Source: the human T2T-CHM13v2.0 reference genome, Homo sapiens. From it: a DNA stretch of 64,000 bases. The stretch is from the NCBI RefSeq assembly GCF_009914755.1, contig NC_060948.1; one strand, written 5' to 3'. Shown here piece by piece: positions 1 to 12,900 of this stretch; positions within the stretch are counted from its first letter, which is position 1, and every line of letters starts with the position of its first letter. Both the position numbers and the translations under genes were made by a program. The notes beneath the pieces are model-generated. The model was not told where the DNA came from, made no database searches, and was given only the letters and a program-made list of their open reading frames with translations.

Positions 1-620
1 GAAAAATAAGCTGCAGGCACCAATAAAAATTAGTACATGGAGTTATTATTGCAGATAAGCCCATGGCTCCAAAGGTAAGAGAATCTTTCACCCACTTAAA
101 TAAAAACTTGCAGAAACTCTGGCTCACACGTCTAAGGGAACTAGGCCTGACATAAAAATGACTTTGACTTTTGCATAATCAATGGGCTCCATAAAAAGAA
201 TTTCTTCTGTTTGTGGACATTAACACAGTGGGATCCAGTGGTTTCCGGGCAGTCACTATTTTGTTGTTGTTGTTGTTGTTGTTGTTTGCTTGTTTGTTTG
301 TTTGTTTCTTAATTCTGATTTGTCTTCTATTAAGTATTTCGTCCCTTGATTTGTGCTGCTTTAAAGTTGTGGGCCAAACTTTCATTTTAGCTGCGTATAG
401 ATTTTATGACAAGCTGAACAGCCTCCAGTAATCATCACATCAGCTCTGATTGCTACTGGACCAACATTTTGGGGAAAGGTTTCTGATTGATCTCAAGCCA
501 AATTCCCAAGCCAAGGTGAATCACACATTCTCCAAGACAGCCTGCAGAATAAGCACATTCCTTCCCCTTCTTAGTTTATAAAGACCCTGGAATAAGAGGT
601 GAATAAGCCCCTCTCATAAT
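1..620 (+). mobile_element. ERV1-class LTR, partial (copy A; LTR20/LTR25/MER61-like, family uncertain), with an internal (GTT)n tract
   Basis: Co-linear similarity to LTR copies at 4782-5816 and 17641-18509 (e.g. 'aaaaacttgca.aaactc.ggct.acac', 'atcacatcagctctgattg...ggaccaa'). Its 5' end lies outside the window. Confidence 0.6.
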
Positions 621-698
621 CTGTGTTTATCTTAAAGCTATGCTTGTTTATTAAGCCCTGATAACTGCATTAGTAACCTTGTCCTTAAAAGGCCTCAC

Positions 699-979
699 CC
701 CCAGTACTTTGGTATCCTAAGGCAAGTAGTTCACTTAAGGTCAGGAGTTCAAGACCAGGCTGGGCAACATGGTGAAACCCCATCTGTACTAAAAATACAA
801 AAATTATCTGGGTGGGAGCCTGTAGTCTCAGCTACTTGGGAGGCAGAGGCAGGAAAATTAATTGAGCCCAGGAGGCAGAGGTTGCAATGAGCCAAGATTC
901 TACCATTGTACTCCAGCCTCGGTGACAGAGCAAGACTCCATCTCAAAACACACACACACACACACAGACACACACACAC
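699..979 (+). mobile_element. Alu (5'-truncated, S/J type) with (CA)n tail
   Basis: 'ggtcaggagttcaagaccag...ctactaaaaatacaaaaatta...gactccatctcaaaa' followed by a CA repeat. Confidence 0.9.
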
Positions 980-1212
980 CCCTCCATAGGTGAATAATCT
1001 GATGAGAAAAATGGAAAACAAAAAATTGTATAACTAGTATATTTTCTGTTGGTTTGTTTGGTTATGTATACATTATTTTTATTAAAAGATCTCTAATTCA
1101 TTAGCTTAAGAAAAGATAGCCACTTGACCAAAATATTATAAAAAGGAAAAATAAAGGCTGTGGTAGCTTTCAGTTCGTGTGACTTTAACTTTTTAAAAAT
1201 AAAGCACCCTCT

Positions 1213-1472
1213 GCCAGGCATGGTGGCTCATACCTGTAATCACAGAACTTCAGGAGGCCAAGGCAGGTGGATCACGAGGTCAGGAGTTCAAGTCCAGACT
1301 GGCCAATGTGGTGAAATCCTGTGTCTCCTAAAAATACAAAAATTAGCCAGGCATGGTGGTTGGCACCTGTAATTCTAGCTACTTGGGAGGCTGAGGCAGT
1401 GCAATGAGCCAAGATCATGCCACTGCACTCCAGCCTGGCAACACAGCGAGGCTCTGTTTGAAAAAAAAAAAA
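1213..1472 (+). mobile_element. AluS (internal deletion in right arm)
   Basis: gccaggcatggtggctca...ctactt gggaggctgaggcag|tgcaatgagcc...A-tail. Confidence 0.9.
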
Positions 1473-2197
1473 GCAGCCTCCAAGATTATTGATAAAATGC
1501 AAATGTCTTCCAGATGTTAATATGTGGTCTATATTATGCAGGTAAAAAATGTAAGTTTCCTAATTGTTTGAAGGATGTAAACTACTTCTTTGTCCTTTGA
1601 AAACCATAGACTTGCCTGCTTCACTATTGGTATAGCCTGGGGACATATAAAAGTAATCACACCTCTAAGTATGCTGAGAGAGTCAGCCTTTATCTGCACC
1701 TAGCACACAATTAAAACAACTTACCATGTTTTACATTCAAGTGAAAAATTACAAAATGTTACCATTATAACATGTGATTGAGACTATTAAAATTAAATTT
1801 TCATGTAAGGTGTATAAGAAAAGTAAACTATGTTTTTAGTAAAATTTATAAAATGGCATGTAAATGCTCATTTGTCTTAGAGATAAAGACTTCTCAAATC
1901 AAATCACATAAAGCTAAAGATTTAAGCAGATGGAAGAACAACTGTACATGTTAATCTTGCAAAAGAATATGCTGTCTGAACACATTAAATAAAAAGGGAT
2001 ATATTATATGGTTACTCTATAAATGAAGCATTGAAATAAAAGTGCAGCACGGTTTTCTTGAGATGCTAATCTGCTCTTTAGCAAAATTTGTAAAGAGTTG
2101 TCAAAGGGTTTTTAAAAGTTTATGGAAACCTCACCTGTTGTTAAACTGATTAAGATAAAATTGTCTATAAAGTTTAATTTAAAAATAGCAGTAAATT

Positions 2198-2397
2198 GGC
2201 CTGGCACAGTGGCTCACGCCTGTAATCCCAGCACTTTGGGAGCCTGAGGCAGGCAGATCATGAGGTCAAGAGATGGAGGCTGATGAAGGAGAATGGCCTG
2301 AACCTGGGAGGTGGAGCTTGCAGTGAGCTGAGATTTTGCCACTCCAGGCTGGGCGATAGAGTGAGCCTCTATCTCAAACAAACAAAGGAAAAAAAAG
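2198..2397 (+). mobile_element. Alu with large central deletion
   Basis: ggcctggcacagtggctcacgcctgtaatcccagc joined directly to right-arm sequence; flanks resemble 'aatagc.gtaaatt' (TSD). Confidence 0.85.
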
Positions 2398-3427
2398 AAT
2401 AGCGGTAAATTTAATAGTGGACTAATGCAACAGTAAAATCTGTTTCCACTCTAGAATGAGATTTTCATGTAATATAAAGGCTAATAACAGTAGGTTTTTG
2501 TTACTTCAAATTTTTTAATTTATTTTGGCAAAACAAATGACTTATGATAATCTTTATATTTTATAACAGTAAATGTTTTAAATTTCGTACATATTCGGCA
2601 GGCATTTCAAAAACAAATTTTTGTTACAGAGTTGTCCTTTCTGAGTCCTCGATTTTAAATGCTACAGAGGGCTCCTGTTTCAAACACATCTTTAACATGT
2701 ATTTTTAAAAGTATTTAACAACCTTATGCATTTAAGTTGTTTAAATACATGTGGTTACCAAGTTAATTTTAATTTTCTTCAGGTTACATTTTAGTAAATA
2801 ATATTAACATAAGTTTTGTAGCCATATGGGGTGTCAAAGTTCTAAGGTCTAAAAAGGCTATCAAGCTTAATCAAAATTATTATGTTTAGCCATTGTAAAC
2901 CATAAAAATAGCCATTTTTTGTCAACGAGTGTCTGTAACCACTTTAGGCATTCTGTCATTTACAGACAATTGTCTTGTTTTAATCCTTTTCTAAAAATGG
3001 TTTATAATTAGCTGTAGGACTTTAACAGCTGCTCTCAAATGCAGGTTTATAATTAGATATTAACAAAACTCATGAAAAGCTTAAGAAAATGGACTAAAAA
3101 CACTGAAGCCATTTTTTCAACATTGACTTCAAATATTTCTGTGTATTTTGTTTTTCAGGGTTAAGGGAACTTTTTTGTGCAGGCAACAGTGTTCAACAAC
3201 TGATTAAAGTATACTATTGTAAAAAATATAAAAATATTTTATTTTTCCCTCCCTGTTTTCTCTAACACTTGGTAACTAATTTTTGCTTTTCTTAACTTAC
3301 AGCAATATAGTTGTTTGCATCAGTGCAAAAAAAATTTGTTTTAACAAAACAAAACTGGAAAAAAACTGGTTATTTTACTGAGGCTTTGACTGAAAGGATA
3401 TGTTTCTCTTTAAAGAATAAAGCTTGA

Positions 3428-3859
<432 letters not shown>

Positions 3860-4781
3860 TCAAAAGCCTCAAAACACCCCATGCTTTTGGTAACTCAATA
3901 AGAGAGGAGTTTACCCAGCTTAGGTATTTAAGGGTACAAGCTCATGGCTGGTCTCAGCGTTAAAACTTCCTGAGATTCCTTGCAGAACGGAGTTCCATGA
4001 AAGCCAACTGAAAAAAAAATGTAAAGGTAATTATTCTTGGCTTCACTTTATAAAACTAGGCCAAGTGGAAGACTGACATCTATTTTCCAAACAATTTAGT
4101 TCTATCATGATTTTTTTTTACAAAAATATGAACTGAAGAGAAATAATGTGTTTCAAAACTTATTGTACTTCTGTCATCAATGCATAGTCTCATAAGTTCT
4201 CATAAGTTGTTTTTAAGTTGTTGCCTACATTTTAAACTAACCCTGCTGAATCCCATGAGCCAATTAATAATCTTTGACTTTAGATCAAAGTAAACAGAAA
4301 GTAATGTGTAATTAAAAAATTTGTTACAATATTATATATAATTCTTGGCAAAAATCCTACAAATCCTGCCAGTTGATGAAAATAAATATGGTTCCCATAA
4401 TACAGAGGCTTGTTTGTATTTTTTTAATTAAAGCTGAATTCCATATACCTAAATCTTAGCAGGCATAACTGTAGCCATCAGTTATAAGGGTGTGTCACCA
4501 GGCTTGGGACACTTAAGCTGTCCTTAGCCAACTTGTCTTGTTTCAATACATGTCCTTTAGTAACTCTATTTTTTTTTTCCTTGAGGCTGTCAACTCCAAA
4601 TAGTAATAATGCAAGTAAGACCACACATAAAATCACCTATCTTCTGAGGACTCTGAAACAATGTCTGAAATAAATTCTAACTGCTGTTTTTTACAAACAC
4701 CCCTCTGCAGCAGAGAGTAGCCGGAAAGATCAACACTTAATCTCCCTAAAGCAGTTAGGTTCTTTATTTCTGAGGGGAGAC

Positions 4782-5816
4782 TGAGAAAAGTTAGCTAGCT
4801 TCCCTTAGGTAAAAAGCAAGGCAAGGGTTTCCAGAGAGCCCCAAGCAGATATGTCAGTGCCTCAACCAAACAGAACACAAAAATCAGCCTTAAAAGAAAT
4901 TAAGCTGAAACCACTGATACAGGACCTAACACAGTGGCTACTGCCTGAACATATTCCTGCAGCTACACAGACAGAAGAACCTCCAGTCCATTCTGGGAAA
5001 AAAAAAAAAACTTGCACAAAACTCAGGCTTACACAGACAAAAGAAAGAGGTGTGGCATAGAATATTTTTGTCTTTTGTATACTCAGTGCCCCACACCCAC
5101 AACAAGAAAATTTTATTCTCCTTTCACAGGCATAAATTCAGCAAGATTCAGTGGGTTCTCACTGGCTGTATTGGTTGTTATTGTTCAGACAGTAAGTCCA
5201 GCTTCTAAGAATTATCATTTAAGCTCCTGACTGATCCTGGGCCAAACTCACAAGCCAGTCTTTCATTTGCATTTTTAAGTCTTCTTGGGCTATCCTGAGC
5301 AGTCTCTATGAATTATCACTTCAGCCTCCGATTGGTCCCAGACCAAGGTCTTAGGCTATGCTTTCTTATTGGTCCAAGACCAAGGCTAAGACACATTGTA
5401 TAAGATAGCTGACAAACTAAGAACATCCCTTTCTCTTTTCAGTTTATAAAAATTTTAAACACTTGCCTCATAGTTTGCAACTCATGTGGGCCCATATTTC
5501 TGATGGTGAAATGGTCTCTTCTTTTGCATATTGAAGTTTTCCTCAAACTTTACCCATGTGTTCATGCTCCTTAATCTTCTAAATTGTGTGTCTGTGTAGG
5601 TGTGTGTGTGTGTGTATATATGTGTGTGTGCATATACATATATATATACACACACACATATGCTATGTGTATTTATACATATATCTATATACACAAACCA
5701 GACTGTATATATACACTTACATATACTGAGTAGTACATATGTGTATGTGTTGCTCTGAGCAATATCTAAAACAAAAAAGAATTGTTACATCTTGTTGCAC
5801 TGGTAAAACTAGTACA
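4782..5816 (+). mobile_element. ERV1-class 3' LTR (copy B) containing a (TG/TA/CA)n microsatellite at ~5585-5750
   Basis: Starts TG after a PPT and ends ...actagtaCA; homologous to 17641-18509; internal repeats of tcacttcagc..tgattggtcc..ggccaa. Confidence 0.7.
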
Positions 5817-5819
5817 TTA

Positions 5820-6870
5820 TCCGAACATGTGACCTGCTTTGTAGCTTTTTTTTTTTTTAATCAGGACTGCCTGAAAAATAAACCTCTTTCTTAAGATTAA
5901 CTGGTGCTCAATTGAGTCAGAAAATACAGAGGTGTGTTTTACTCACCCTCTCTCAGCCTTTCCATAAAGATTGAGGGATTCTCATCAAGTTTTAATCTAT
6001 TATGTTTATCTTAGAGTAATTAAGAGGTTTGGTCCCAGTCCTAGCTGCTGGCATCACTATACTACTAACAGACCGCAACCTCAACACCACCTTCTTCGTT
6101 GGCACTGTTCTTTTACTAGCGTTCCTGTACATGCATTCTAAATTTTTATTCTTTTCCACTCCTCTATCAAATGACGGGGATTCCAATTATGTTTTCAAAG
6201 AGCACTGTCTTTTTTCCTGTTGGGAATAAAGATTATGCTATCTGTTCACCTTAGTTTTGTCTTTCAGCATCCCTTTTTCTAGATTTATTTCCCTTTATAC
6301 TTTTAGGCTGGGTATAGTAAATATGTTGTTCATCTTCAAATGCTTTTGCTGCTAGTAAAGCTGCCAAATTTTCTGCAGCTTTGGTTTAGGATTAACATAG
6401 CATGTCTCCACATACAATGAAATACCTGTGTTAGATTTTGGAATGCCTCTATATATCTATTAGAGTCATCAGAGAACTCGACTAGATTTACATTTATTTT
6501 TCTAAGGCCCTGCAATGAAAAGAGAACTTGAAATCTAGTAGTACCACGTTTTTTTGGCATTTTCTACAGGGCCCACATTGAAATTGATGGTTTACAGGGT
6601 GGAACAGGGAGAGAAACTGATGACATGGGCATTAGAAAGCCTATAAAAGAGGTGCGGGTAGGGCATTTAGAAGTAGCATTTAAGGGTTTACCAAGGGTTT
6701 GTGTCTCTGACTTTGGGGCATTATCTTCTGTATGCCTGCTTTATATGACAGCCAAAGCTCAGAGACAGTTTTACAATGCTTACAAAGATCTGGGTTATCT
6801 ACCAAGGCAACGGAAGATTGTACATTGGAAACACTGTACATTTCTAGGCTGCATCTCTGTTTAAAGAAGT
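5820..6870 (-). mobile_element. Decayed ERV1 gag (HUERS-P3/MER52-int/HERV9-like capsid region)
   Basis: ORF 6336-6560 RFQVLFSLQGLRKINVNLVEFSDDSNRYIEAFQNLTQVF resembles HERV-W/9 gag 'VPFSLSDLKQIK.DLGKFSDNPDGYIDVLQGL'; also KPLNYSK and DENPSIFMERLRE motifs. Confidence 0.85.
6033..6098 (+). pseudogene. 66-bp NUMT from mitochondrial COX1 (approx. rCRS 6499-6564)
   Basis: tcccagtcctagctgctggcatcactatactactaacagaccgcaacctcaacaccaccttcttcg encodes [21 protein letters not shown] (COX1 residues ~200-220, mt code) and matches human mtDNA as I recall it; flanked by TTGG on both sides. Confidence 0.95.
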
Positions 6871-6899
6871 TTTACCAATGACACCTACTAAGTTTCTCT

Positions 6900-8160
6900 C
6901 TCATTGTCCCCTGCAGGTGTGAAAACACTACTTGCTGTTAGGGAGATTGAGGATTGATCTTTCTAGCTACTTTTTGCTAGGAAGGGCATCTTGTAAGGAA
7001 ATACAACAGCTGGAGTTCACACTGAGGTTAGGGTAAGGTTTTTCAAAACCACGGTGTTTACATAAGTGGTTTCGTTTGCAGTACAATTTGTTTGATTGCC
7101 TCTATGTGAGATGAAACAATCTCGGTTATCAAAATATAAAGTGTTAAAATGAGACGAGGTGAGGAAAAGGATAGCTTAAAAATTCTGAGGCTGCTGACAT
7201 GCCCTTATAACTAATAGCTATAGATATGCTTAACAAGTTTTGGGTGCATGGGGCTTGGCTTGGCTTAGCTTCCTTGGTCTTATCCCCCAAAACACAAAAC
7301 CACCTCAATTATGAGTCCACTATATACTCTCATTACCTGGCAAGATTTGTAGAGTAATTGCCCACAACAAATATATTGTTAACATATTTTTCAATATTAA
7401 TCTTTTTATATTTTCAACCTAGCTGCAGCTAGAGATTTCTGGCTGGCTCACAGGAATCAACAGGGATAGCCTGAAATATAGGCAAATATTAAAGACAACT
7501 AATGAGATGAGAATATAATGGCAAACATATGATAAGATTTGAAACATGTAGGCTAGTTGAGGTAGCTCACACCTGTAATCCCAGCACTTCAAGATCAAGA
7601 TCAGCCTGACCAACACGTAGAAACACCGTCTCTACTAAAAATACAAAATTATCCAGGCATGGTGTCACATGCCTGTAATCGCAGCTACTTGGGAGGCTGA
7701 GTCATGAGAATCATGTGAACTCAAGAGGCAGAGGTTGTGGTGAGCCGAGATAGTGCCATTGGCCCTCCACTCTGGTAAACAAGAGTGAAACTTCATCACA
7801 AAAAAAAAGAAAAAAGAAAAGATTTAAACATAATTTTTCTCTCTTCATTTCTTATTACTGTAAATAAACAAAGTATGTTAGGCCTGAGTTGAAAATAGTA
7901 AAATGAACTATAATTTTATATTTAACCTAAGTATTTGCATAAAGTGCAGCAAAAATAATTATTTTTAAATAGTCTCTCTAAATTGGCTTTTACGAAACTG
8001 TTCTTCAGGAGGAACCTCTGATAAGAACTCTTAAAGCCAAGAAGAACTATGGGTTTTACTTTCAAATACCTATGAGTTGGGCAAACTTTACTCTTCTTGA
8101 GGTCCAAAAACATGAAAATCCTGGGCCTGTTAGCAAGTGACATTCTTTACTCACCACAAG
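6900..8160 (-). mobile_element. ERV1/MER4-group internal sequence, interrupted by an Alu (~7550-7820)
   Basis: Sequence character similar to 1020-4781 in the opposite orientation (e.g. 'gtgacattctttactcaccaca' vs 'gtggtaagtagagaatatcac'). Confidence 0.5.
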
Positions 8161-8304
8161 TCTGCAATATTTTGTGGGTTTTTAATACATATCAGGACGT
8201 AATAAATGCACACTTTATCTGTCATATAAATGAAGTTCTTCTCTCTATCTTTCCCTAGATAGCTTTTCAGATATTGAGCAGCAGGGATAGAAACTGTCTT
8301 TTGA

Positions 8305-8609
8305 GATTATTATTATTTTTGAGATGGAGTCATGCTCTGTCTGCCAGGCTGGAGTGCAGTGGTGCAAACTGGGCTCACTGCAACTCCTGCCTCCTGGGTT
8401 CAAGTGATTCTCCTGCCTCAGCCTCCTGAATAACTGGGACTACAGGTACATACTACCATGCCCAGCTATTTTTTTGTGTGTGTGTATTTTTAGTAGACAT
8501 GGGTTTTCACCATGTTAGCCAGGATGGTCTCAATCTCCAGCCCTTGTGATCTGCCCGCCTTGGCTTCCCAAAGTGTTGGGGTTACAGGCATGAACCACTG
8601 CACCTGGCC
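8305..8609 (-). mobile_element. AluS/Y
   Basis: Reverse Alu: ttttgagatggagtc...ccactgcacctggcc. Confidence 0.9.
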
Positions 8610-8639
8610 TAAGAAGATTATTTTTAAGGCAGGTTTCAA

Positions 8640-9400
8640 AAGTATTAAGAATCTGTTTGACTCTTTTCAGTAGTTTTTTTTCTTGTTGTTTTATAAGTCA
8701 AAACTTGGTGGAGGACATTAAAAACATTTCACTGACTGAAGGCTCATAATGCAATTATAAATATTTAGAGTGCTGAAAAATGTATCTTTCAAAAGTGGTC
8801 CATTCTATCTTTGCATGGGAATACTGAGGCTTTATTTCTTTAATGAAGCTTTCTAAGGCAAGAGAGACTTCCAGTATATTGCAAAATTGTCTGTTTTTTT
8901 TGTTGTTGTTGTTGTTATTTGTTTGCTTGGCTCTCTGGTTTCTCAATCTATTTTTCTTGGCTGCTTTATCAGTCCCCTACTTGTGTCCTCTACAATGTAG
9001 TACTACTACTTTCCACGAAAGAAAAAGAGGAGAAAAATCTATGTATATCCTGATGATACTTAATGAGTGACTGTCAGAAAATGTATTTCTTTCCACAAAG
9101 TGGCATGGTCATAGATGATCAGAAAAGCATATTTAAAATGAGTATAAATATTATAAACATTTCTTTTTTATTTTTTGCTTCATTTGAGTGTTCTCACAAG
9201 GGCAAGTAACTCAGTGATTTGAACTCTGGTGCCTGGTAAGAGAGGCATATTCTCAGTAATATAATTCAAAGGGACTACTGCATACCCTAACTTTGGTGTT
9301 TCTTGTTTTAGGAAAGAGCTCCATTTCTACATTTACTAAGGGAGTTGCTTTGAGGTCCTCTCTGGCTGTGTAAGTTTTTACTACTCTCTGTTAACAATCA
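8640..9400 (-). mobile_element. Host ERV1 pol, RNase H part (continues from 15465+ across the HML-3 insertion)
   Basis: Minus-strand translation gives KTYTAREDLKATPL, GYAVVPLNYITENMPLLPGTRVQITELLALVRTL, NIYTHFKYAFLIIYDHATLWKE, VVLHCRGH, PQYS - HERV-W/9-type tether and RNase H. Confidence 0.85.
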
Positions 9401-9909
9401 TGCTGAGACCAGCTCAGTTGGTGAGACCCTAACCCAGTGGCAGTAGTGGAATTAAACACACACACAGAAATAAAGAGGTGTGAAGTGGGAAATCAGAGGC
9501 CTCACAGCCTTCAGAGCTGAGAGCCTCAAACAGATATTTACTCACATATTTATTAACAGCAAGCCAGTCATTAGCATTGTTTCTATAGATATCAAATTAA
9601 CTAAAAGTATCCCTTATGGGTAATGAAAGGATGGGCCAAATTAAAGGAATAGGTTGAGCTAGTTAACTGCAGCAGGATCATGTCCTTAAGGTACAGATCA
9701 TGAATGCTATTGTTTGTGTTTAAGAATGCCTTTAAGTGGTTTTCTGCACTGGGCAGGCAAGGTGTTCCTTGCCCTCATTCCCATAAACCCATAACCTTCC
9801 AGTGTTGGCTTTATGGCCATCATGCACATGTCAGTGCTGGAGAGATTTTGTTTATGGCCAGTTTTGGGTCCAGTTTATGGCCAGATTTGTGGGGGGCTTG
9901 TTCTCAACA
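9401..9909 (-). mobile_element. MER9 3' LTR of HML-3
   Basis: Direct repeat of 14953-15464; PPT (rc aattaaagaagggagca) at 9910-9926. Confidence 0.95.
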
Positions 9910-12900
9910 TGCTCCCTTCTTTAATTTTCAAATTGATAAAAACAAAGGCAGCTTTGTCATGGTGAGCTACTTCTTGCAGGAGTCAGGAATCCACATCTGC
10001 AGACTATACAAACAAAAACAACACAGATTAAAAGCACAACCATCACTGAAATCACAGAGCTTCCAAGTGTTTTGATCCATTTTAATGGGTTACCAGCTGC
10101 TAATCTGTCTGCAGCTCCTTTAAGCACTCCAGTTCCTGGCATTAAGGTCGGGTGTGCCTGGGATGCTTTAAATATTTGTTCTTTTAATTTTGCAATATAT
10201 GCTTTTTCATTCTTTCACAGATTTTGATCTTATTAAGAGGTGTTAATGGTTTCCACAAATCCTTATGTTTAGCTCCTACAGCAGGCCATATCATTTGAGG
10301 TTGAGGTGTAACTATACCGCCACGGTTCCAGATAATAGGAACTCTTGCCATACTTCTTATCATTTCTACCATCCTAACATTTTGTTCAGAGAAGCTGAAC
10401 ATAATGTGGCCATGGCATGCAGACTGAGAGGTTCAATTCAAGAGAAACATCCCCTTAGGGGATCAATCAATAATGATTCCGTAGGAATCATTGTGCAGCA
10501 CCTCTGCCTGTTCTGCAAAGAAATTTTCCTAAACAATTACATTCATTATTTCTGTCCAGGTTCTATTTTGTATACAAATAGGTTTTTGAGGGCAATATGC
10601 CTCAATTATAGGAGAAGATTTATTATGTAAAATACTGAGATCAGAAGGCATGTGTAACTGTGGCATAAAGTGACTATATCCAGGCATTATTACCAGACAG
10701 GATTGATAAATATGCCCAATAAGCATAATTGTTCGTGTGTCAGCCCTTGTTGAAGGAATACTCACAGCAGTGGTGATAACTGCTATGATAGCTACCATTA
10801 AATTACTCATTGTGACTGGTTGTACTGCTTTCCTCAGGTTTTCTTCTGCCACTTTTGACAGCTTCTTGATCTGTCCCCAGGTCAGTGGCTGTGTTCAATG
10901 GGTGTTGCTCATGACAGTTAGGGTGTTCCTCAGCGGCAGCCTTGATGTGGCTGCAACTGGGGGATCCTCGGGATCCTCACGGAGTCTCTTCCTTGGCATC
11001 TGGCTCAGGATAAGGTTTCAGGTGTCTTGATGGTGTCCAAATCGGTTGTTGATTTTGGCCTGGAGAAACACAAGCATAACCTCTACAGCAAGTTATTATT
11101 TTACCTATTTCCCAATTTCGTTATTGGATCTCTCCACCAAATCAGTTGTTCTGCTTCTGTCTTTGCAGGTGGTTTCTGGAGATGCTGTTCAGCTGCTGAT
11201 AACATCTGGCCTTTGGACAGGCTCAAAAAAATTAAAGCTAATAATGCTAGATTCAATTGCATCTATGGGGTTCCATATTCTCCATTTCCCCCTTTCTCCT
11301 TTGCAACTGCTGTTTTAGGGAAAGATTCATTCTTTCCACTATGGCTTGTCCTTGAGAATTGTATGGGATACCAGTAATGTGTTTAATATTCCACATAGAG
11401 AAAAATGTAGCTAGAGTTTGGATAGTACAGCCTGGGGCATTATCTGTTTTAGTAGAAGCTGGAATGCCCATCACCACAAAACACTGCAAAAGGTGATGCT
11501 TAACACAGGCAGAAGGCTTTCCTGATTGGCATGTGGCCCAGACAAAGTGAGAAAAGGTGTCCACACATACATGTACATAGGCTAGTCTCCCAAATGAGGA
11601 AACAAGTGTGATATTCATTTGCCAAAGAGAGTTAGGTTCCAATCTTCGAGGATTAACTCCTCCTATAAAAGATGAGGAATGTACCATTTGGCAACTTGGG
11701 CATCACTGGATAATAGCTTAACTTATTTCCAGGTAATGCTGTATCTGCATTTGAGACAAGGCATTAACATGGGTTAAATTGTGAAAGTGGCTAGCATTAG
11801 ATACTGCATTAGCAACTAGGTGATCAGCCATTTGATTCCCTTCAGTCAAAGGTCCTGTAAGAGGTGTATGAGTGTGAGTGATGTAAAAAGGGTACATGCT
11901 ACTTCTAACTGCTGTTTGCAGTTGGGTAAATAAAGGCATCAGTTGTTCATCTGCATGAAATCATAACTGAGCCTTTTCAATTAACTGTGTGGAATGAAAC
12001 ACCTATGAAGAATCAGAAATCACATTAATAGGCATATCAGAGCAGTAAATACTTCAATTACAGCTACAAGTTCCTCTTTTTGAGCTGAAGTATAGGGCTT
12101 CTGAAAAACTTTACTTTTTGACCAAGAATAGGAAGCTTTACCATTATCAGACCCATCTATAAAACAATGAAAATGCTTAGCAGGCTGCAGATTGTTTACC
12201 GCAGGGATTGTAAATGCAAACCATTCACAGTCGTGCTCACCTAAGGGGACAGTTAATAAATAGTCTTTTAAATCTATGACTACTAAAGGCCAATTCTTTT
12301 TGGAATTATAGCAGGAGAAGGCAATCCTGGCTGTAATGCTCCCATAGGTTTTATAACTGAATTGATAGCTCTTAAGTCAGTTAACATTCTCCATTTACCT
12401 GATTTTTTTCTTAATTATGAAAACTGGAGAATTCCAAGGGGAAAATGTTGGAGCTATGTGCCCATTTTCTAATTGTTCAGTAACTAATTTCTCTAGAGCC
12501 TCCAGTTTCTCTTTACTTAGCAGCCATTGTTCTATCCAAATTGGCTTATCTCTTAACCATTTTAAAGATATAGCTTCTGGAGGCTTAACAATGGCCGCCA
12601 TGAAAAACTGTTTCCTAATCTTTGGCGAGAATTTGTCTTTCCACTTGAAGATTTTGTTTCAACCCTTGCAATTTTTTTATAGTCTCATACCAGGAACATA
12701 CCCCATTTCATGCACCATATGTGGACTTTGAGGGCTATATAATTGTCCTGGAATTAGAACTTGTGCTCCCCATTGTTTTAATAAATCTCCTCCCCATAAA
12801 TTTATAGGTACCGAAGTTATAATTGGTGGAATAGTCCCAGGTTGTCCATCAGGCCCTTCACAAAGCAAAATAGAACTACTTTGATATACTTCAGGGGCTT

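Noticed and set aside
6029-6229. 66-aa hydrophobic ORF starting with a COX1 peptide
   Set aside because: No ATG start; NUMT fused by chance to antisense ERV gag; no promoter or splice support.
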